Below, piece after piece: positions 1 through 10,808 of a DNA stretch of 25,669 nt. A program made the position numbers and the translations under genes. A model generated the notes under the pieces. That model saw only the letters and a list, made by a program, of their open reading frames with translations. It made no database searches and was not told the origin of the DNA. This stretch comes from Ginkgo biloba (Eukaryota; Plantae; Ginkgophyta), in NCBI GenBank assembly GCA_024626585.2, contig JANKJI020000002.1:132585097-132610765 (forward strand), read 5' to 3'. Every line of letters begins with the position of its first letter. Position 1 is the first letter of the stretch.

Positions 1-570
1 TTTTTTAAAAATCGAATGTGGCTTCGACGCGGCTCCCTGTGCTCGCAATTTGCTCGATCCGCTCCGTTTTTGTGCGTGGATTTTCTCTTGCTCTCGAAAT
101 CTTCTTCTCTGCACAACAAACTTCACCCATACTGTTCATGCAACTTTATAGTGCTTTGTTTGACTGTTCGTGGTGTGCTCCCCAAACGGGTGGCTGGGTT
201 TCCTCCTGACGTAGACTTCACATCCAAATTTCTTCAGCAAACCTTGGTGCGGTAGTTTCTATACATCTCCACTGCAATTTCCCTTTTCTCAGGTGACTCT
301 CACTCTGGCATTACAACCTTTCATTCAACGGGCTATCGACCAACTCAACCTGAAGTGGCCATGATTTGCAAAACAAATAGTGCTTGATTGTGGTTTTATC
401 CATTTTTCGCATTTTCTTAGTTTTTCTTGTTTTTTGCATTGTTTTCATTAACAAAAAAAAAATTGCACTAGGAAAACCAAACTGAGACACATTCATTTTA
501 ATTTTTATTACCTTGCTTCATTTGGGAGGAACTAGTTAGATTTTCGATACTTGACCTTACTCAAAATATG

Positions 571-708
571 CTAGTTTTGCACCCAAAGCGAGTTTATAGA
601 ATTACCGGAAGACCCAGCTTTTGTTAGTGTGCGAGCATCTTAGTTTTGCACCCGAAGCGAGCATTTGCATTACTCAAAGACTCTAGTCTTTGTCAGTGTG
701 TGAGCGTC
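571..708. repeat. Degenerate two-copy ~69-bp tandem repeat, probably in a retroelement 5' leader
   Basis: Unit 1 (571-639) is ctagttttgcacccaaagcgag...ttttgttagtgtgcgagcatc. Unit 2 (640-708) is ttagttttgcacccgaagcgag...ctttgtcagtgtgtgagcgtc. Confidence 0.75.
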
Positions 709-893
709 CATAGACGATTCACCTTGGTGGGTGTTCCATTGGACTTCTCTGGTTTCAGTCTCTAACTGCTTGCCATGGGATCGGCCAAACCCAGGGCACT
801 GACAAAGCTACAACTCTTCTGACTAGTCCATCCATCTAGGAAGCCTTGTAGTGAACCCTGACCACATTCACAGTTCATTTCAATGCAATCATC

Positions 894-1112
894 ATGTCGA
901 AGGGAAAGGCAACAAAGTCTGAGCAGTCTTTAGAGACTCCTACCACTTTAGACGCCCTCTCCTTATTGGCCCAGGAGATCAAAGAGTAGCGCCAAGACAT
1001 TATAGACACACTCCGAGAGCAGTGTCGTGCAACTTCAAACATGATGGCCTTGGTCACTGATATGGTCAGTTAGACACAACAAGCCCAACAAGCCTTCCAG
1101 CAACAACAAATG
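894..1112 (+). mobile_element. Possible decayed N-terminus of an LTR-retrotransposon gag ORF
   Basis: ATG at 894 reads MSKGKATKSEQSLETPTTLDALSLLAQEIKE*RQDIIDTLREQ...MVS*TQQAQQAFQQQQM into an N gap. It is helical and Q-rich, and both stops are TAG (CAG>TAG-like). There is no diagnostic motif. Confidence 0.3.
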
Positions 1113-1989
1113 NNNNNNNNNNNNNNNNNNNNNNNNNNNNNNNNNNNNNNNNNNNNNNNNNNNNNNNNNNNNNNNNNNNNNNNNNNNNNNNNNNNNNNNN
1201 NNNNNNNNNNNNATCTTAGGATATACAGAATACAAACTAACTATAAAAAAGTGAAGTTTAATGTGGGTAGGCAAAAGAAGGCAAAAGTATCCAATTGCAA
1301 CATGATGTTTTGAAAACATAAATTTGTTGACTGTGGAGCTATTTTTTGGACCTAATCCTTGGAATTAGATTTGCAACACAAAAATAAACTAACATCTCTA
1401 TAATGACAAAGCTAAGAATAACAGATTGTCAACATAGATGAAAAAATTATGACCATGTTCCTAAAGTAATCATCCCATCATATATAAGCATAAATGAGGA
1501 TGATGTTGGTTTAGTTTAATTGTTCAGGAATGGCAGTGTAATTCACTTGTCACATGGTAGATTCTCTTAAAGTTGTTGCATAGACCCACAGTATAGCCCC
1601 CAATGCCAAGGCTCAAGTCACTCAGGACACTGCTTTACTGTGGTTCTGTTTCAAGTGCTAAGGAATGTTCCATCAATTTGAAAGATATAACTGAAGCCCA
1701 ATAGGAGGACTTGAATAATGTTCAGGAGATCCTTTTAGGGGATGCTTATAAGAGATCACAATGAAGGATACACACAAAAGACTCCAATGTGGGTGAGTCA
1801 TCCTAATTAAAACTATTCTTATCTTCAAAAGAAAATGAGGCTCATCCTGATTCAAAGCCTGATTGATCACAACTCAAATTTCTCCTGATACGTTTTGTAG
1901 TAGAAGATTAAGTAGAAAGTGAATTCCAGGCTCATCACAGGCTTTGGCCATCTCAACCCTTTCCTCATGAGTTTCAGTACGAGGTAAAG

Positions 1990-2496
1990 ATTGCTCAAAT
2001 TGTCCTGTCTTAGCTCACAGACAGATATGTTAAAGAGGTTATTGAAAGGATACATCTAGATTTGGTGCAAAGACAAGACAAGATTGTGGCCCCATCCTTA
2101 ATGGGTGTTGAGATAATAGGCTCGGTCCAAGAACTATATCGATCTTTTACACAAGTGGAAGAGGCTATAGACAAAGGAAAGGAGATGCACCAAAGGATTG
2201 AAGCCTCCCTGGAGTAAATAAATGAGTGGGGTGTTAAGTTAGCCACCCTTGGAGGTGTGGCCCACCAAAACCTATTGCCTAATCTATCATTGCTAGGAGT
2301 AGAAGAGGTTGTCACCTGTGAAAGTGTCTTGGCTAGGACTAGGCAAGTGCTGGAAGATGGATACGCCCCATTGATGGCATCCAACAAAAAACTAGAGTCA
2401 TATGCACGTAACATCAAGGCTTTATTAGAAAACATTGGGCTACCCCCGATAAGGAATCCTGATAATTCTATCTCCGCGAAGGCTGAGCTAGACACC
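1990..2496 (+). pseudogene. Decayed ORF of unknown family, probably a repeat-borne accessory ORF
   Basis: One frame reads ...TDRYVKEVIERIHLDLVQRQDK...EASLE*INEWGVKLA...LLENIGLPPIRNPDNSISAKAELDT with few stops until the gap. Composition is coiled-coil-like and I recognise no domain. Confidence 0.35.
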
Positions 2497-3924
2497 NNNN
2501 NNNNNNNNNNNNNNNNNNNNNNNNNNNNNNNNNNNNNNNNNNNNNNNNNNNNNNNNNNNNNNNNNNNNNNNNNNNNNNNNNNNNNNNNNNNNNNNNTCTA
2601 TCCAGTAGTATTGGCATCTGATTATTAAAAAAAAGGTTGTCCTGAAATATTCATAGAAATTGATGGGTAGGTAACTCCTAGTTCATGGTCTGCAATATAA
2701 TTTTATATAGATAATTCTTTAGAGTGGATGCTGTTAAATAACTTCCTTCAGGATGGTTATCCCTTTGGACTAGATACTTAATGATGGATGGTGTCTTTGG
2801 AAACTCTCCGTCCTAAATGCATTCCAACCCACAAGGTGTTGCAATGCATGCTGATTCCTTGTTCATCTCCCTTCACGCATTCTTGGTTCATAAATTTCAG
2901 ACAAGTTTTCTTGAACCTTTACTCATCTTTCATAATCTATGTTCTTGCCACTATCCCTTGGTTGGCCTTAGAACAACATCAACAAAAAGATCCTAGATTA
3001 TACGAGGCCATCTTGATTATATTCTTGGGTCTTGTTCATGGTAATTGTGAAAAGGCAAAGCAGCAACGATGTGGAGCATGGATTATGGCTTGTCTCATAC
3101 AGGCTGGAATGCAGCATATCAGATATGCCAGAAACAATAACTGTCACAGACAAAGTAGCATGTAGATTGAATGGCAAGTGTAATATTTCTGATGGTAATA
3201 ATGAAGAAGGTAGGGAAAAAGCACAGATGTTGAAATCAGCACTAACAATAAAATGTTGCATTTTACTAGAAGTTTGAAAAGTATGCACATTGACTAGAAT
3301 TTGTTAGAGATAATGTGAGCACAATTTTAATCAAAGATATGGAATAAGGATAATAGTAGAATTACTCCAAACGAGATTTACACATTTCAAAGCATGCAAA
3401 AAACATTATTTTGACAAAAAACAATGTAAATTGATTTTAATTGAAGGATTGTTCCAAACAATCCATCACCAATTGACCAACATTTCTAGGCAATCATAAG
3501 ACTTGTTTGGAGGGTAAAAATAATTAGTGAACAAAAATAACTACCATTTTGAGAGTATCAAAAGACTTAGCATAAAGATATGTTTACAAATTAAGCATCA
3601 AAAGATTTTGCAGCTCTATCTATATCGGGAGATGACAAAGATATAGTCATCACACTAAACAAGTTAAACATTCATCAATTAGAGTTGCTACAACCCCCTA
3701 CTCCACAACTGTAGGAACCTACGTACATACATCTTACACAAGGATTAGTACAACACTGAAGACTATTGATTGATTTTGGTTGGGTGTTGTTTAGGGCATT
3801 GAGCAAACAACATCTCCAATGTTGTAAGACTGATACCTATATGATCCCTTGATTGCAGTCAGGATTACTTCCCCCTTAGCATCCACGAGGTGCTTTCTCA
3901 CACTTAAAATCCTCATGGTGCACA

Positions 3925-4009
3925 GCCTACCCAGGCCTTATGTGGTAGCAGTGCTTATGCAATCCTTACACCTTCCACTGCCTGCCAAGGCCTTACGTGG
4001 TGGCAATGC
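3925..4009. repeat. 30-bp imperfect direct repeat pair
   Basis: gcctacccaggccttatgtggtagcagtgc (3925-3954) versus gcctgccaaggccttacgtggtggcaatgc (3980-4009), 25/30 identical. Confidence 0.7.
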
Positions 4010-4327
4010 CTTGAATAGGCCTTAGATGCCATTAGTGTTGCCTTTCCCAGCCAAGGAGGTTGGTCTAAGACAGCTACCTACCCCACAAGGTTTGATCATT
4101 ACAAAATGCAACTAAAAGATGCGTGTTAGGATTCTGTCTATAATAAATTGTCATACTAAGTTAACTTATCAAGGTGATGCATGAATGATTTGATATTGTA
4201 GAAATCAAACATGCATGCAAAATTGACNNNNNNNNNNNNNNNNNNNNNNNNNNNNNNNNNNNNNNNNNNNNNNNNNNNNNNNNNNNNNNNNNNNNNNNNN
4301 NNNNNNNNNNNNNNNNNNNNNNNNNNN

Positions 4328-5534
4328 GTTAGCGAGGAAAACATATGGCACTAATCATTTTATAAGAAAAAGATGAAGAAATGTCTGAGAACCTATTAGA
4401 AAGGACATTCCATGGAAAGTCAGGCCGCAAGACCCATTGCAAATGGTTTAAAATGTCAATTAGTTATGTGTGAAAGTACCCTTAGAGAGAAACTATCAAG
4501 ATGGTATACAAGCTATCGTGGAAGTAGAAGGCATGAATGGAAGGAGGTTGAAATAACCTTTTCATCAAGATTCNNNNNNNNNNNAAAGCTAGGCTAATGG
4601 GATTGTAGTATGATGTACAAGAGTGTTCATTTTTTAATGAAAGTAGAAGGAATGTAGCAAATATGTTGTCTACTTATTGATGGTGGATGAGTAGCGCTCA
4701 TGTCTTAGGAGCAACTCTATATACCATACCACGTAGTTGGTATGAGTATTTAGAAAGGAAGAATGAAACAAACGAATGTCCTTAGTTAAGACAAAGGTTC
4801 ATTGACACCTTCGCTATGGTATAGAGGGATAGTAATTCATTATTCCAACATTGAAAATGAGGATTGTAAACTTTGTGTACCTAGAGAGATGTAATGAAAT
4901 GGCACGTTCTATGGAAAAAATTGAAAAGGAAGAGACTCCACACAAAAGCTTAGTTCCTCCTCACTAGAACGTACATCAAATAGAAGATAGAATAATGCTA
5001 GACGAATTTGCACAATTGCCAAGTACTAGACATGACCAAGAACCATATAAAACAAGAACTTTAGAGATTGGCTAAAAGGGTGAAGGTAGAGTAGTGGAGA
5101 TAGGGGACTACAGGATGAACAAACAGTAGCCCAAGAACATGAATTGTTTAGGGAATACTCTAGTGTATTTGCTCGGAGCTATAAAGACCTAAAAGGAATT
5201 TTGCCAAAAATTGGACAATTAAGGATTGAGCTAGAAGCAGTAGCTAAACCAGACTTCATAGAATGAATCCAAAATACAAGAAAGCAGTGTAGGAGGAGAT
5301 TGAATTTTTTTTGGCAACAATATGCATATTTATTTTTAAGTGGAGTGAATAGGTGTCTCCCATAGTGATAGTAAAAAGTAAGAATGAAAATTTAAGGATT
5401 TGTGTGGATTTCAAAAAGCTAAATAGTATAATAAAGTAGGATCCAATTTCAACTCCATTCACTAGAAGAAAAGCTAGAAAGTGTGGTCAGGAGAGAAATT
5501 TATTTATTCATAGATGGATTTTCAGGTTGTTATA
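4328..5534 (+). mobile_element. Degenerate Ty3/gypsy LTR-retrotransposon internal region (gag-like piece and N-terminal reverse transcriptase)
   Basis: Around 4470-4573, STLREKLSRWYTSY...WKEVEITFSSRF resembles retrotransposon gag. From 5138, across frameshifts and stops, it reads HELFREYSSVFARSYKDLKGILPKIGQLRIEL, MNPKYKKAV*EEIE, SPIVIVKSKNENLRICVDFKKLN, DPISTPF and IYLFIDGFSGCY. These correspond to the gypsy RT motifs SP-x-V-x-V-x-KK..RICVD(Y/F)RKLN and (L/T)DGFSGY(H/N)Q. Confidence 0.85.
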
Positions 5535-5634
5535 NNNNNNNNNNNNNNNNNNNNNNNNNNNNNNNNNNNNNNNNNNNNNNNNNNNNNNNNNNNNNNNNNN
5601 NNNNNNNNNNNNNNNNNNNNNNNNNNNNNNNNNN

Positions 5635-5797
5635 AATTAAGCTCTTTCTTAACCTTCTTTAAGCCAGTTAAAGGTGTTTTAGCATTCTTAGACCTAATTT
5701 ACTGCACTAGAGCTTCTCTTAGGATTTTCTAACCTTGTTAACCACTTTTGACTTTCCTTTGACCGGGCTTTGGACTAGGGTTTCCTGGGCTGTGACA
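5635..5797 (-). mobile_element. LTR terminal fragment
   Basis: Ends ...cctgggctgtgaca at 5797, a typical LTR terminus. The last ~50 bp (tttgactttcctttgaccgggctttggactaggg) resemble the terminus at 15768-15806. Strand is inferred from that similarity. Confidence 0.5.
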
Positions 5798-7041
5798 CTC
5801 TCAAATGCTCACTCTTTTAAAAATATTATTTTTCCATTTTGAGTGGATTATATTGAAGCAAAAGAATGGAGGACAATAATTCCTCAAATAAGACATGCCA
5901 TTCTTTCAAGATAGCTTATAGCTATGAGAAAGAAAAAGGAAGACAATGAAAGATTCAGACCTGTGCAGCAAGCCCCCTTACAATTTGAACCCACGTTCCA
6001 TTAATTACCTGATCAAGAACATCAATGAGCAAGGACAAGTCAGATGTGGAAAACAACAAGATTATATGGGCTTCATTGCACAAAGTATCAGTTTTGGTCG
6101 AACCTCTATGTGCACATGAGCGTAAACACAATCGACATACAAGGATCAAGATTCACAATAATAAAGTTGTAGTACGAAACCAGCATATGCAAGATCTGGC
6201 AGAGTCCAACCACACTCGGTTCTTACAGGCAGTATCATCAAAAAATTCTGTTCATTGATGCAGGCAATGATGCATGAAAGCTTCTTTTGATTCAAAGACC
6301 ATGGAAGGAAGATATGAGCTTAATACATTGAATGCACTTAGCCACGAAACATTGATCATCATTAAAGAGCTTACTTACTGACTTGGCTACTTATCTGAGA
6401 ATCTTGCACAATAGAAGCCATCTGTATGGTGGGAGGTCCCCCAAGAGAAAGTTGTATTCTGCCCAGGATCTCTTTTCAGTTTTGAATGCAAAATACATTC
6501 TCCAAACTCTCCTTCGCTTGCATAGCACTCGGTACCATGGGAGAGAGGCAAGAAGGGAAACGAATGTGCAGGATTGGGAATCCTCTAATGCCCTGATGGT
6601 ACTTTGGTCCAAGAAGACAATAGAATGAAGTCAAAACAAATGAACAAGTGGCTGTAAACACAAATCTATAGCATGTAGAATGGGAATGGCTGGACTGGGA
6701 CCTCAATCAGACATTTGATGAGGAAAGTCTCTCAAGCTTGGGCAACTGTTAACTCTCATTTTTTATGGGAAGAGGAAAATATAGTTCAGAATCAAGTTTG
6801 CACACAAGTAAAAGGGCCAACATGCAATAAGGAAAATGGAGGATATGCAAACTTGGTTATCAGACTCCATTGTTGCAAGTGTTGGCTTGAGAAAAATTTA
6901 CCTTTAATGGATTAGTNNNNNNNNNNACTGAGGGTGCTTCTCAACACAATGTACAAAGATCAACTCTCCTTCTAGACATCGACCTTGCTCAGGATAGGAT
7001 AATTAGAATAGAGGAGGAGAAAAATAAATCTTCATGCTACA

Positions 7042-7632
7042 ATGCAAAGGACTGCTTGCATCATAAAGGAAACAAAGGAGCTACTGAAACAGATCCTGGA
7101 GAACAGGGGCTTTACATCCAAACATGTTGAGTATCTGGAAACACTTCAACACGTGGAGCAAGAGCAAAGCACAGGGAACACTAAGAAAATAGATGAACTA
7201 CAAAGAGAGTTTCTAGCGTTGGCTGTGCAACTAAGATCACAGCCTATTGAGCTTACAAATACAGAAAGTGTTGCTCAATTTTGCTTGGTTGCCCTGGGAA
7301 AAGAAGGTATCAACAAAATAGGAGCAAAGCTGAATGCAGGGGACCCCAAAGGTATGGTGAGAGGAAGCTGGACGAAAGCACTAAGATTAATGTGCCAAAA
7401 TGCAGAGTCACTGATTAATTACAAAAAGACTGGAGCAACAAGAGTAATGATGCCCACAAGAATCTTCCCCTAGTCAAATGGTTCTGGTTCGTACCAGATC
7501 ACAAGCAAGCTCTTGAAAATGGACATCAAATGCAGTGACTCCCAAGAGAATCATGACCATGACATTTGGCAAAAGCAAACCAAAACTTTCGAATGTCTTC
7601 ATAGCTGGATTTCATTTACTCTGCTATCTTTT
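7042..7632 (+). pseudogene. 143-aa ORF that continues past one TAG to the gap; unknown family, probably transposon-derived
   Basis: ORFs 7042-7473 and 7513-7632 are in the same frame, separated by a single TAG. There is no recognisable domain or splice context. Confidence 0.35.
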
Positions 7633-7732
7633 NNNNNNNNNNNNNNNNNNNNNNNNNNNNNNNNNNNNNNNNNNNNNNNNNNNNNNNNNNNNNNNNNNNN
7701 NNNNNNNNNNNNNNNNNNNNNNNNNNNNNNNN

Positions 7733-7830
7733 TAACATGATGTTAGCAACCCATTGGGGATAATCATTGGGTGTAATAAATCCAAATAAAATTAATTTTT
7801 CAATTTCTAGTTTAACTACTTTTCTTAATA
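7733..7830 (-). mobile_element. Short Ty3/gypsy reverse-transcriptase N-terminal fragment
   Basis: The minus strand reads VVKLEIEKLILFGFITPNDYPQWVANIML, matching the vK-E-i-KL-l-aGFI-p--y-W-aN-v motif that begins gypsy (Tat/Ogre-type) RT. It runs into the N gap. Confidence 0.65.
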
Positions 7831-8304
7831 GATAAAGATACACTAGTTGCTAGTTAATCTCTTTATTGCTGTTGCTTACAAACATATTAAGGCTTCTACT
7901 TTTTTAAAAACTCTCTCATGGAATGGTTCAAGAGATGTATCTTGTTTCTTTTGATGTAATTACTCTTTACTGATTAATAAAACATTAACTTCCAGATCTT
8001 TGAGCTCTTGATACTCTTTAAGGATAGGTCTTCGTGGACCTTGCTTAAGTAATTCCTTCTCATGTCTTTGTTCTGATGAATCATCTTCCATTTTTCTGAG
8101 TCCACTTGCACTATATTTTACAATTGTTTCTCTCCACAAACTCTTGATATTAATAATGGGTCATTTAAAATCAATCCTTCATTAGTTTTGAGAAGGTTCA
8201 TCTGTTTCCAGCAAACTGGAGTGAACCAACTGTTTTCCTCGTCTTTCCCTTTTCATGGATATCTGGTGTATATGGCTTGCAGTCTTCTCATCACTGTATT
8301 TGCT

Positions 8305-8497
8305 GCAGCCAGTAGTATGAGTTGGTATAATGGCAAGGCCATGAGCATTTTTAGTGTCTTTAACTTTTGGCATGGACTCTTCTTAGCACTGATTTTGGTG
8401 CTGCCAGTAGTATGAGTTAGTATATTGGCAAGGCCATGACTGTTGATTGTAACACAGTCCTTCTTCCTTCCGACATTTTGTAGTGTCTTTGACTTTT
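8305..8497. repeat. Local imperfect direct duplication
   Basis: gcagccagtagtatgagttggtataatggcaaggccatga (8305-8344) versus gctgccagtagtatgagttagtatattggcaaggccatga (8400-8439), 37/40 identical. The following tagtgtcttt(a/g)actttt recurs after an extra ~34-bp segment in copy 2. Confidence 0.8.
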
Positions 8498-8810
8498 ATG
8501 TAGAGACCAGCGTTTTCTATGCTGAGTAAAATTTTCCATAACATTCTTTTATCATTTGCTGACAATTCTCATGGCCCATTTTGAGAATACATAATCTGTC
8601 AGCTTGATGGCTTTAGAACTTAACATGTACTTTTCCTTCTCGAAGAGTTCTATGCATGGAAGTGAATCTAATTTTTAAATCAGACCAATGAGAAACCTAA
8701 TACTTTCATACTTCTAGTCATTGTTCTTTGTGAAAATGTTTTAGCTATCCTCAAATGCTCATTTAGCTGGTGAAAGTGATGACAGTCTTTCTGTAATGAA
8801 TCTTTTGCAG

Positions 8811-8912
8811 GGTGGAATGCATCTTAATGATCTTAGTCCTTGTCAAATTTCACCGGGGCCTAATTATGACTTCTATTCTTCAGTTGTACGGCTTGTAATA
8901 TCATCACCTGTG
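8811..8912 (+). CDS. Internal coding exon of an S9A prolyl oligopeptidase / oligopeptidase B (protease 2)-like gene, At5g66960-like
   Basis: Acceptor tcttttgcag ends at 8810 and donor gtatgt starts at 8913. The 102 nt (phase 0/0) translate to GGMHLNDLSPCQISPGPNYDFYSSVVRLVISSPV. This matches my recollection of plant homologues (...SQISPGPNYDYYSSTMRFTISSPV|MPDAVVDY) and splices in frame to the exon at 23101. It is too short for the ORF track. Confidence 0.9.
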
Positions 8913-10808
8913 GTATGTTTACAAAAACTGCCCTCCCATATATGTTTTGCAGACAAAATATGAACAGGTGGTGTGGTGGGTGATGTTTTACAGGCTTGAT
9001 TCTTTGACCTGGCATTGGAAAAGTTTCTTACATTTAACTAGTATATTGATGTTAGTTGGTTTTGTCTAATTGTTAAACTTGTGNNNNNNNNNNNNNNNNN
9101 NNNNNNNNNNNNNNNNNNNNNNNNNNNNNNNNNNNNNNNNNNNNNNNNNNNNNNNNNNNNNNNNNNNNNNNNNNNNNNNNNNNNNNNNNNNNNNNNNNNN
9201 NNNNNNNNNNNNNNNNNNNNNNNNNNNNNNNNNNNNNNNNNNNNNNNNNNNNNNNNNNNNNNNNNNNNNNNNNNNNNNNNNNNNNNNNNNNNNNNNNNNN
9301 NNNNNNNNNNNNNNNNNNNNNNNNNNNNNNNNNNNNNNNNNNNNNNNNNNNNNNNNNNNNNNNNNNNNNNNNNNNNNNNNNNNNNNNNNNNNNNNNNNNN
9401 NNNNNNNNNNNNNNNNNNNNNNNNNNNNNNNNNNNNNNNNNNNNNNNNNNNNNNNNNNNNNNNNNNNNNNNNNNNNNNNNNNNNNNNNNNNNNNNNNNNN
9501 NNNNNNNNNNNNNNNNNNNNNNNNNNNNNNNNNNNNNNNNNNNNNNNNNNNNNNNNNNNNNNNNNNNNNNNNNNNNNNNNNNNNNNNNNNNNNNNNNNNN
9601 NNNNNNNNNNNNNNNNNNNNNNNNNNNNNNNNNNNNNNNNNNNNNNNNNNNNNNNNNNNNNNNNNNNNNNNNNNNNNNNNNNNNNNNNNNNNNNNNNNNN
9701 NNNNNNNNNNNNNNNNNNNNNNNNNNNNNNNNNNNNNNNNNNNNNNNNNNNNNNNNNNNNNNNNNNNNNNNNNNNNNNNNNNNNNNNNNNNNNNNNNNNN
9801 NNNNNNNNNTATCTGTGAGAAATTTTGATGGACAACGCTCCTCTGCTGGTATACAAATGCAGGGGTATCTACACCAAACTATCAATAACAAGTAACCATA
9901 CTGCCCTGACTTCTACCAGTTCTGATATCAGGGGTCACTTGCCAATAAGTAACTAGCCAAAAGAACAATGCAGTATGGAAAAGTTATGAAGTTGTGAGCC
10001 AGAAAATGGGAAAAAATGTGCAGCAGTCATTCTCTGAAATTCTCAAAATGCTTAGAGGCCTCACAAATTCTTGCAGAGAAAACCAAACTCTAGTTTCATA
10101 AATCAAGAAACCATCATGCAATGAATTGAGTCATATACTGCATAAAGTTTGATTGCATCGAGGACAGTGTGTATTATGAAATATTCAAATATCATTTACT
10201 GTACAGGTGAGCACAGAGAATTGTGGGCACATCTTGGATTGCCTGATTGAGTAAACATAAAGACTCATTTGAATATGAACCAGGTGCCACCCTTATAGTG
10301 AAGATCATGTAGTTAATAGGGCTGTTTACAGCCATCACTACAAATGTTTGTGCGTGTTCCAATAAGAAGCCTTGTGAAGGAGACATTTTGTAAAGGTTAT
10401 GCTATAATTAAAAGAAAGCGAGCTCGTTGGTCTGCATGTCTACCTTCTCTAACTCCATTTGCTGTTTGTGAATGTATGCGAATAATTCACCTCATTCCAA
10501 GGCATTCTAGTTACTGGATGATGAAGCCAGTTGGTTGTTCCTGGACCGAATCAATAGTTGCGACACCAACATTTGGCACCTTTATTTTGGCCAATCACTG
10601 TAGAGGGCACATTCCAGAGAGGGGAAATAACAAGATCACTCGGGAGACCTGGAGATATGGAGAAGATAGTTGTGATCATCACAGAGATCAGGAGAAGATA
10701 TGTTTAATCTTCCAAGAGAAGGAGAAAAGAAATGCCTAAGGACTAAACTTGGAGATACTGTACTGTATTTGGAAGCAATAAAACACCCCAGAGATAGGGA
10801 GAACATAT

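Noticed and set aside
16-255. ORF MWLRRGSLCSQFARSAPF... as a transit-peptide first exon of the peptidase
   Set aside because: It lacks the expected N-terminal S9A motif (W-x-DPY-x-WM), ends in a stop, and is separated from the exons by five unsized joins.
2788-3288. Overlapping 81-125 aa ORFs on both strands
   Set aside because: There is no recognisable domain or splice structure. They may be decayed repeat sequence, but I cannot support a call.
5955-6915. Cluster of short ORFs, possibly a LINE C-terminus on the minus strand
   Set aside because: The resemblance (FLLGDLPP..W...ILR) is only vague, with no CCHC or RT motif, so I left it unassigned.
9810-10740. Possible extra exon or processed pseudogene (including ORF 10344-10739)
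   Set aside because: The frames I read have frequent stops and no recognisable motif. The two peptidase exons already join without missing sequence.
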